Virus record (IMG/VR): IMGVR_UViG_3300037087_000097 | Location: 1 to 33,114 of that record | Length of the DNA stretch: 33,114 nt | Direction: 5' to 3' (one strand) | Source of the DNA: a virus | Lineage: Duplodnaviria; Caudoviricetes | Part shown: piece by piece, positions 26,077 through 33,114 of the stretch | Numbering within the stretch: position 1 is the first letter of the stretch | How the letters are laid out: every line of letters starts with the position of its first letter | Program-made: the position numbers and the translations under genes | The notes under the pieces: generated by a model | The model's database searches: none | Seen by the model: the letters and a program-made list of their open reading frames with translations, nothing else | What the model was told of the DNA's origin: nothing

Positions 26077-26131
26077 GATCAGATTACGGTACTGATTGAC
26101 CAATGGTTTCGCCCTTTGGGTGATCCTATCT

Positions 26132-27094
26132 TTATTTCTTTGTTTGTGATAAAAGAGTTATTAAACCATTTTTAATCGTATCATAGACACTCTGAGGAAT
26201 GTTAGATATGATTGAGAAATGATTATTTCCTACAATTTTTATTTGTTCTTTCGATTCGTTTAATTTATCCTTAATTTTTAAATCAACAAAGCTAATAACA
26301 AATGGTTGCATTTGAAATCCTTTTTCGTTATTTCTAATAAGGTGTATTTCTCCATTTTTTTCGGTTATGAAGTACCAACATTTTTCTTTGTCAATACCCT
26401 TTTTGGCTAAGAAGTCAATAACTTCTTGTATTTTAAGATTACCTGTGAAATGGGTTATTCTACCAATTACTTTAACGGTTTCTTTAACAGTTTCGTTTGT
26501 TTTGAAACTTGTTTTATCAGGATTTTTTTCCTCATCTTCTTTTTCGATTCTCTTAGGATTTGGAATAACTTTTTTTGGTTCACCCTCACCTGTTCCCACT
26601 TGACTTTCTATATCCTTTAATTTATCCTTGGCAACATTCTTATTTTCTTCAACGATAACAACTGGAATTGGTTTAGGTTCTGGTTTTACCACTGGTTGTT
26701 GTACTGGTTTAGCAGCTGGTCTAATCTGAGTTTGAAGAGGAATATCAATTTTTTTATCTTCCTGAATAATTTCTTCTGGTTGTATTTCCTTTATATTCTC
26801 TTTTTTTATTGTTTCGAATTTAGTATTTTTAGGATAATGCTCGATGATATTATTAACATTAACGGAAATGATAGTTGTTCCGACTTTTACATCATAATGT
26901 TCAACCCCGACTTTTTCAAAAATTCTGAATACTTCACCTCTGATTTCACGATTTTTAAATTGGGCAACAACAATATCACCAATTTTTATAAAGCTACCAC
27001 CATTTTGAGGTTGTTCTGGTTGTACAAATGAACCAGTTGGAGACAAATTATTATCTTCAAATAGTTTATACAAGTCTTGAATATTCATTTCCAT
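26132..27094 (-). CDS. Hypothetical protein: SH3/KOW-like N-domain, Pro/Lys/Glu-rich linker, C-domain
   Basis: IKIGDIVVAQF....RGEV..I......YDV; low-complexity middle region. Confidence 0.6.
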   Translation of the reverse strand: MEMNIQDLYKLFEDNNLSPTGSFVQPEQPQNGGSFIKIGDIVVAQFKNREIRGEVFRIFEKVGVEHYDVKVGTTIISVNVNNIIEHYPKNTKFETIKKENIKEIQPEEIIQEDKKIDIPLQTQIRPAAKPVQQPVVKPEPKPIPVVIVEENKNVAKDKLKDIESQVGTGEGEPKKVIPNPKRIEKEDEEKNPDKTSFKTNETVKETVKVIGRITHFTGNLKIQEVIDFLAKKGIDKEKCWYFITEKNGEIHLIRNNEKGFQMQPFVISFVDLKIKDKLNESKEQIKIVGNNHFSIISNIPQSVYDTIKNGLITLLSQTKK

Positions 27095-27110
27095 AATATT
27101 TATCTCGTTT

Positions 27111-27590
27111 TTATTTTTGTTCTTGTGATGGTATTACTTGTGCTGTGTTTTGTGGTGTTTGCTGAGTAGATGGTGCTGGTGCCCCCTGTGGAGCTGGAGC
27201 AGCTTGTACTGGTTGTTGAGTATTCTGTGCATTCTGGGCGTTTTGTACTGGTTGTACCTGACTTTGACCCTGACCTTTCTTACCACCTTGAGCCTGAGCT
27301 TTATTTCCAGTTATAATATTTACAGGTAAATTCTCAATATTCAAGAAATTACTAATAACATATTTTGCTATTTCATCAGATAATAATGAATCTGACCATT
27401 GATTATGAATATCCTGACCAGTTTCATTTTTTACTTTTGTAGCAAATGCTTTTAATAAAGATACTGGTACATCAACCATCATAGGAACTCTCATAACATC
27501 ATCAACCAAGAAACCTTCGTTGACTTTTGTTTCATTGATAGTCTTTCTTTTACTCTGGAAATCGTTGAAGTTTGTTAAATTCTTAGCCAT
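27111..27590 (-). CDS. Hypothetical protein with Q/A/P-rich tail; possible head-associated protein
   Basis: MAKNLTNFNDF...INETKVNEG (leader-like); two TAATATATA motifs upstream (27611-27619, 27655-27663, -). Confidence 0.6.
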   Translation of the reverse strand: MAKNLTNFNDFQSKRKTINETKVNEGFLVDDVMRVPMMVDVPVSLLKAFATKVKNETGQDIHNQWSDSLLSDEIAKYVISNFLNIENLPVNIITGNKAQAQGGKKGQGQSQVQPVQNAQNAQNTQQPVQAAPAPQGAPAPSTQQTPQNTAQVIPSQEQK

Positions 27591-27737
27591 ACTGTTTTAT
27601 TTTTTTCTATTATATATTAAAGTTTTAAACCCATTTTTCAAATGAATGGAACTTTATATATTAAAAAATAAAGACCAAAATATTAATTCCATTAAACTTT
27701 AGCCGTTTAAAAGTATATATAAATAAAAAACAATATT

Positions 27738-28559
27738 ATGTTGAAATTTTTTGATTTTATAAAAAAGTATTATTCGGTAATCTTTTTTGCGATAATCATA
27801 GTTTTATCCTTTTTTCTTTTCCAGACTTGTTCAACCTTAAAAAAGGTGAAAGCTGATGCCGAGTATCAACAAAAATTGGATGATCAAAATAGAAGAGCTA
27901 TGGTTGATTCTATAAAAGTAGAATTTAATAAGAAGCTTAATGCTTATGATTTTTCCAAACAATCTTTTGTAGTGAATAAATTAGCTGATCTTGAAAAATA
28001 CAATAAACAATTATATGATGAACTTTCTAAGGTAAAGGGTGATATTATGTCAGCCATTGATACTAAACTTAAAATAGATATGCCGAAATTAACTCTCGGT
28101 AATAAATTAGAAATATTGAATAAAGATAGTGGATACTATGGATTAAGATTCAGTAACACATATGCTGATTTAGGTCTTAAACAAAAATTAAGTGGAAGTA
28201 GTAGGTTCATAGTTAATATGGATCAAAAGAAAAAAGAATGGGTTATAAGTCCGAAAAATACCATAATTGACACAAATCAAATTGAACTTAGTGTAACATA
28301 CGGAACAAGGGCAAAAGACAAAGGATATGAAGTATTCGCTGAATCAAAATCACCGCTTGTTAAATTTACCGAACTAAATGGGGCTTATTTTGTCGAGAAT
28401 CAAGTATTGAAACCAGTTAGTCCTAAGAAATGGGGAATCGGTCCTTATATTGGATTTGGATTGAATACTGATTATAATTTAGCGAATCCAAGGTTTGGAT
28501 GGAGTATCGGTTTTTCGCTTCATTATGATTTATTACAATGGAGATTCGGAAAGAAATAA
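27738..28559 (+). CDS. Membrane-anchored coiled-coil protein with C-terminal beta-hairpin; candidate spanin-like lysis protein
   Basis: N-terminal TM ending FLFQTC, coiled coil, C-terminal KKWGIGPYIGFG...FGWSIGFSLHYDLLQW amphipathic beta strands. Confidence 0.5.
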   Translation: MLKFFDFIKKYYSVIFFAIIIVLSFFLFQTCSTLKKVKADAEYQQKLDDQNRRAMVDSIKVEFNKKLNAYDFSKQSFVVNKLADLEKYNKQLYDELSKVKGDIMSAIDTKLKIDMPKLTLGNKLEILNKDSGYYGLRFSNTYADLGLKQKLSGSSRFIVNMDQKKKEWVISPKNTIIDTNQIELSVTYGTRAKDKGYEVFAESKSPLVKFTELNGAYFVENQVLKPVSPKKWGIGPYIGFGLNTDYNLANPRFGWSIGFSLHYDLLQWRFGKK

Positions 28560-28569
28560 ATATAAGTAA

Positions 28570-28755
28570 ATGGAAGAAATCAATTGTAGTGCCTGTAATT
28601 CAAATAACATCAAATTTAAAGATGCTGTGGGTAGAGGATTACCACCCAAAGGTTGGAAAAGAAAACCCGGAGATAATCGATTAATTTCTTGGAAAGGAAC
28701 ATGGAGAACCTACACTTGTAATAAGTGTGGAAATGAATGGAAGAAACTATTATAG
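28570..28755 (+). CDS. Small zinc-ribbon protein
   Basis: CSAC...YTCNKCGNEW. Confidence 0.6.
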   Translation: MEEINCSACNSNNIKFKDAVGRGLPPKGWKRKPGDNRLISWKGTWRTYTCNKCGNEWKKLL

Positions 28756-30855
28756 TTATAGGGTAATATTGGTGTTTTCGATATATAGATAGTTATATCT
28801 CACTGATACTGGTATAAGTTGGTTGGTATGATTATACGCTGTATTACTGAAATATCCACTTATCCAATGACCTCCCCAATAATCACCATAAAAGAATCCC
28901 TCATGAAAGATTCCATCAAAGAATCCAGAGGTTTGTGTTGTTGGTTTTGTTGGATATAAATAATTATAAAATCTTCCACCAAAGAAGTCTCCACCAAACC
29001 AAAATATTTTCGATAATGAATTTGGAATCGCTGAACCAAATATACCACTATTAAATGTTCCCCCAGACCAACATATTGCTGGTGGACTAAGAATAAATGG
29101 ATTTGATATATAATATTCCTTACCCATCTGACCACTGTTAAATGTTCCTTGTTTCCAGTTACATCTATGAAATATTGAATTGTTTACAACCCCATTATTC
29201 CAATTTCCGTATAACCAAACACTGTCATCGAATTCACCAAAGTTGAATGTCCCTCCACTCCAAAGACTATTTTTGTCAAACAATCCACCGTTGAATGTAC
29301 CATTTAACCAAATACTATTTCTGAATTCTCCATAATTGAATGTTCCATTATACCATTTATAAGTTGTGGCACTGACTTGGAAAACATCACCCCCATATCC
29401 AGTTTTGAATATGCCATTATTAAAGAATCCATTATACCAAATTGAGTTATTAAAATTCCCGTTATTAAAATTCCCATCAAACCAAAAACTTCTGTTGAAT
29501 GTTCCATTATTGAAAGTTCCACCACTCCAAAAACTATTTAAGAAAGTTCCACTATTAAAAGTTCCACCAAACCAATTGGAGTCCTCTATTTGACCCCCGT
29601 TAAATCTTCCACTTAGCCAAATAGAATCCTTAAAATATCCAAAATTAAATGTACCACCACTCCAAAAACTATTGATGAAATTTCCATTATTTGTATAGAA
29701 CATACTTCCACCCCCGTTGAATATACCATTTTTCCAAACTGAATCTCTAAATACACCAGCATTGAATATACCTGTCATCCATGTTTTTCCACTAAATAAT
29801 CCCTCATTCCATACTCCATTATACCAAACACTCGGACCAAAACTGGTACTTCCACTACCAAACCATATTCCATAATACCAAGTGGTATTAGGATTTATTG
29901 TACAATTCACAAAAGATCCTGATTGAACTGTGGCGTCATAAATATTACAATTGACGAAATTACCACTCGTTATTGTCCCCCCAGAAATTATACAATTACT
30001 ATAATATCCATTTTCTATTTTGGAATTGTAAAATTTTGTGAAATATAAATAAGAATAACCGAATGATTTATTATTATAAGTGAAATAACTTGTTGTCGGT
30101 GTTGGTTGAACTGTTGAAACTACATTACTCGATTGATATTTGTATGGGTTCACCATTGGTATTTTCTTGGTCTTGGCAGTTAAATCTGAGTTAACACTTA
30201 CATATTGACTATCATATTTATCTTTCATATCAGTGAAAAAAGAAGATGTCCCACTTAAAACTATACATTGCTTTATATCCACATCGATAAAGGTATCTGT
30301 CGTATTATTCAATTCAACTGTTCTGAAACAAACACCATCTATCCATCCACCGTAAAATTTCATTTCATTGACATAAATTTTACATAAATAATGATTATAT
30401 AATTTTACATCATTTAATGAGGAATCATAAAATCTTTTTATTGTTATTTCATTATTAGTTTCATTGATGTCAATTACCTCATAACCTTGAATTTGTTTAA
30501 GATATATCCAATCTGTACATCCGCTAAATTCGTAATAACTATCAAGAATGGTTCTTCCTGTTGGATAAACATTTTTATCATCAGGATCGTAAGACATATT
30601 CTCATCATACATTATATAAACCATATCTCCGATATTAACTGAAGCGTTTCTTTCGGTATATAATTTAACATAATTTTTGTCATTAGAAACAAGTGGTAAT
30701 AACTTTACAGCATTTGGAGATATCGAATATTTGGTGTTATTATTCAGATTTAATACTTCACCATACTTCTGATTTGAAAATTGTTGATTATTGATGAAAA
30801 TCTGCTGTCCAATTATACCCTGTTGTGTGGCTTGATTATTTTGATTGACGGCCAT
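28756..30855 (-). CDS. Large protein with W/F-x-x-G pentapeptide-type repeats (beta-solenoid), probably virion-associated
   Basis: Many WxxGxFxxGxFxxSx units in the C-terminal half; TAATATATA upstream at 30876-30884 (-). Confidence 0.65.
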   Translation of the reverse strand: MAVNQNNQATQQGIIGQQIFINNQQFSNQKYGEVLNLNNNTKYSISPNAVKLLPLVSNDKNYVKLYTERNASVNIGDMVYIMYDENMSYDPDDKNVYPTGRTILDSYYEFSGCTDWIYLKQIQGYEVIDINETNNEITIKRFYDSSLNDVKLYNHYLCKIYVNEMKFYGGWIDGVCFRTVELNNTTDTFIDVDIKQCIVLSGTSSFFTDMKDKYDSQYVSVNSDLTAKTKKIPMVNPYKYQSSNVVSTVQPTPTTSYFTYNNKSFGYSYLYFTKFYNSKIENGYYSNCIISGGTITSGNFVNCNIYDATVQSGSFVNCTINPNTTWYYGIWFGSGSTSFGPSVWYNGVWNEGLFSGKTWMTGIFNAGVFRDSVWKNGIFNGGGSMFYTNNGNFINSFWSGGTFNFGYFKDSIWLSGRFNGGQIEDSNWFGGTFNSGTFLNSFWSGGTFNNGTFNRSFWFDGNFNNGNFNNSIWYNGFFNNGIFKTGYGGDVFQVSATTYKWYNGTFNYGEFRNSIWLNGTFNGGLFDKNSLWSGGTFNFGEFDDSVWLYGNWNNGVVNNSIFHRCNWKQGTFNSGQMGKEYYISNPFILSPPAICWSGGTFNSGIFGSAIPNSLSKIFWFGGDFFGGRFYNYLYPTKPTTQTSGFFDGIFHEGFFYGDYWGGHWISGYFSNTAYNHTNQLIPVSVRYNYLYIENTNITL

Positions 30856-30941
30856 TAATGTCTTACTTTTTTAAGTATATATTAAAATTGTAGAAACAAA
30901 ACAATTTTTATCCTATATAATTTCAAAATTAATCTCCACTG

Positions 30942-31247
30942 ATGTCCATTGATGAAATTAATGAATTCCTTATTTCTTTATTTGTTGAGAAAAAAGAACT
31001 ATTCAGTAAAATGATTTTGGAGTTAAATGAAACACTCAAAGAATCGAAAATAGATTATCAATATAGTTATGATGATTTCTGTCATGATTTTTTAGAAATA
31101 AATAAAGAATTCTTCAAAAGGCATCCAGAGGTGGATTATACCGATACTAACATGATTTTCTTTTATACTAATATCATTATCGGTGAGCTTTTATTAAAGC
31201 TAAAAACGAACTATAATAAAAATGACGGATCAATGGATAATGGATAG
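30942..31247 (+). CDS. Hypothetical helical protein
   Basis: 101-aa ORF, similar to the next gene. Confidence 0.55.
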   Translation: MSIDEINEFLISLFVEKKELFSKMILELNETLKESKIDYQYSYDDFCHDFLEINKEFFKRHPEVDYTDTNMIFFYTNIIIGELLLKLKTNYNKNDGSMDNG

Positions 31248-31536
31248 AATAGTTGATGATTTAGTAGAAAATAGAAAAATATTTAATGAAATGAAAGATG
31301 ATGTTTCTTTAATAATCAAGGAGAACGATGGTGGGAATGATTTTAATTTAACTTATGATGAATTCTGTTCAAAATGCTTATCGAATATAAAAAATAAAGA
31401 CATATATCTGGATTCGTCAGTTAAAACGGTTAAACAACATTTCTTAGAAGCCATGGTTGAAATAGCCATAGAAGAATTGGAAAAAAGAGGAAGAATAGAA
31501 GAATCTATTCAAATTAAATCATATTTGAATAAATGA
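31222..31536 (+). CDS. Hypothetical helical protein
   Basis: 104-aa ORF, similar to the previous gene. Confidence 0.55.
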   Translation: MTDQWIMDRIVDDLVENRKIFNEMKDDVSLIIKENDGGNDFNLTYDEFCSKCLSNIKNKDIYLDSSVKTVKQHFLEAMVEIAIEELEKRGRIEESIQIKSYLNK

Positions 31537-32093
31537 AAAATATATTTAAAAATACACCAAATAAATGTGTGGATGTATCTGGTGAACCTATTTGGTTATC
31601 AAGATCTGTAGCTGTCGTTGGTATTTTAATATTTAGAAACATTGAAACACATGAAGATTTTATTTTATTGGAAAAAAGATCTCAAAAAATGGATCAACCT
31701 TTGAAATGGTGTGTTCCTTGTGGTTATATAGATTGGGATGAAAATGGATGGGAATGTTTAGTAAGAGAAGTTTATGAAGAGACCAATTTTCTTATTACAG
31801 AATACAAAGAAAATATTTATTTTGATAATGAAAAACAACCATTTTTCGTAAATACCAATCCAAGTGAAAATAGACAAAATATCGCTTTACGACATGGAAT
31901 TATTTTGAATTTCGATACCTCTACATTTCCTCTTTATGTCGAGAAACATAAAAACGAAGAAATAGAAGAAATTAAATTTGTTCCACTAAACGAAATAAGT
32001 AAGTATGATATGGCTTTTCATCATGATATAGCTATAAAATCTTTTGTTGATAAATATTATTCAAAAATATTGAAAATAAATGAAAATAAATGA
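31533..32093 (+). CDS. Nudix hydrolase
   Basis: Nudix box PCGYIDWDENGWECLVREVYEETN; C-terminal AFHH. Confidence 0.85.
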   Translation: MKNIFKNTPNKCVDVSGEPIWLSRSVAVVGILIFRNIETHEDFILLEKRSQKMDQPLKWCVPCGYIDWDENGWECLVREVYEETNFLITEYKENIYFDNEKQPFFVNTNPSENRQNIALRHGIILNFDTSTFPLYVEKHKNEEIEEIKFVPLNEISKYDMAFHHDIAIKSFVDKYYSKILKINENK

Positions 32094-32275
32094 TAAAAAA
32101 ACCGATTTGGACTACAACAATTTAATATATAATTAAGCCGATTATAATATTTTTGAAACTTTTTTTCAACGATATTATAAAAGGTTTAAAGGCATTAAAA
32201 GTAGTTTGAGTTTTATTATCATTTAATGACTTATGAAAGACTTTAAAGGCTTTCCAAAAAACAATCAAAGCATGT

Positions 32276-33114
32276 ATGGAATACAAGGAATTTGATGACA
32301 AATTTTTGTTCGAATCTGATCCAGATCAACAAAAAGAAGAAATGAGTTTTCTTCAAAAGAGAACTAAAAATCAAGACGGTCTCTATCGTCCAACACTGGA
32401 AGAGGCCTCAGACCCAAAGGTGGGTTACAAATCAAGAATTCGTTTTCTAAAAAATGCAACCAGAGGTGGTAAGATTGGTCCGGCCTCCATAGAGAAGCAT
32501 GTTCACTATGTAGCTAAAGGTCCATTTGATTCATATCCAGAATTGGTTGGTTATTACGATTGCGAAAAAAATTACAAAGAGAAATGTGAACTTTGTACTC
32601 AGTATTGGAAACTAAAGAAATCCAAGAATCAAGCTGATGTTGAGAAAGCAGAATTGATTAGTAGAAATACTAAATATTACAGTTATGTAATGATTCTGGA
32701 AGATGTTCAACATCCAGAATTGGTCGGAAAGATTATGGTATTTTCTTATGGTTACAAAATAAAAGAAAAAATTAACTTAGAATATACTGGTGAAGTATCA
32801 GGAGTTCCATGTAATGTTTTCGATTTCGCAAAAGGTAAGGACTTTACTTTAATCATAAAGGAAAATAAAACCCCACAAGGTACTTTTCCAAATTATGATA
32901 ACAGTGCATTCTTAGAAACATCACCACTTAAAATCTACAATGAAAAGAAACAAGTATTTATTCCTGTTCAATTAGACCAGAATGGTGAAATTAGTGATTC
33001 AAAATGGCAGAACAAAATCAGAGAAACTTTATTAGGTCGTGATGAAAAAGTAAATATCGAAGATCATATGGCAAAGAAAGATTGGACTGATGAAGAAAGA
33101 GATAAAGTTGATAA
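32276..33114 (+). CDS. gp32: Single-stranded DNA-binding protein (T4 gp32-like), 3'-truncated; not in the supplied ORF track
   Basis: Manual translation MEYKEFDDKFLFES...GLYRP...IRFLKN...HVHY...YYDC...KCELC...YYSYVMILED.QHPEL.GKIMVF.YG.KIKEKI...FDF.KG.DF.L.IK......PNYD.S.F reproduces the gp32 motif order, including candidate Zn ligands. Open to the window end. Confidence 0.85.
   Translation, partial: MEYKEFDDKFLFESDPDQQKEEMSFLQKRTKNQDGLYRPTLEEASDPKVGYKSRIRFLKNATRGGKIGPASIEKHVHYVAKGPFDSYPELVGYYDCEKNYKEKCELCTQYWKLKKSKNQADVEKAELISRNTKYYSYVMILEDVQHPELVGKIMVFSYGYKIKEKINLEYTGEVSGVPCNVFDFAKGKDFTLIIKENKTPQGTFPNYDNSAFLETSPLKIYNEKKQVFIPVQLDQNGEISDSKWQNKIRETLLGRDEKVNIEDHMAKKDWTDEERDKVD

Noticed and set aside
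26060-26130. Hammerhead ribozyme (minus strand has CGAAAC...GTC and CTGATCA)
   Set aside because: The core would need CUGAnGA. The sequence has CTGATCA or AGGATCA, and the stems do not close in the required order. Kept only as a generic structured-RNA candidate.
5041-29593. Short ORFs antisense to or nested in longer genes (e.g. 5041..5271, 6243..6449, 11823..12161, 19038..19259, 20368..20781, 26367..26603, 29366..29593)
   Set aside because: They are shadows of well-supported genes with no motifs or start signals. Their periodicity mirrors repeats on the coding strand.
1-33114. Alternative genetic code (stop-codon reassignment)
   Set aside because: Standard-code ORFs tile the window densely, and TAA, TGA and TAG all end genes at sensible positions (e.g. 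TGA at 6101, TAG at 28755).
1-33114. CRISPR array, tRNA or rRNA genes, diversity-generating retroelement
   Set aside because: I saw no regularly spaced repeats, no cloverleaf with a T-loop, no reverse transcriptase and no adenine-specific variant repeat pair. The paralogous ART domains differ at all base types.

Overview
This very AT-rich, gene-dense window looks like part of a large T4-like (myovirus/jumbo-type) phage genome read in the standard code. It carries a tail-tube gene plus a diverged paralog, gp26/gp51-like baseplate-hub genes, a gp32-type ssDNA-binding protein (cut off at the right edge) and two free-standing homing-endonuclease-like genes. TAnnTTTG promoter elements before the minus-strand accessory operons point to a Bacteroidota host (inference). 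The main signal is a dispersed set of about 14-17 otherwise unrelated proteins that all start with a ~10-aa peptide resembling the T4 internal-protein capsid-targeting sequence MKTYQEFIAE (e.g. MKTYEQFIND, MITLFEEFIN, MITSFQTFES, MKRFKDFLKEE). Eleven of them carry about 14 ADP-ribosyltransferase (ART)-like domains, some fused to a kinase or an HEXXH protease domain. One is an 854-aa chain of modules joined by (I/N/K)xE-type linkers that resemble prohead-protease sites. Many of these genes lie just downstream of a TAATATATA motif, five with the ATG only 5-6 nt away. Working hypothesis: a virion-packaged, protease-matured set of ART/kinase/protease effectors injected with the DNA. All family calls come from motif recognition by eye; no searches were run.
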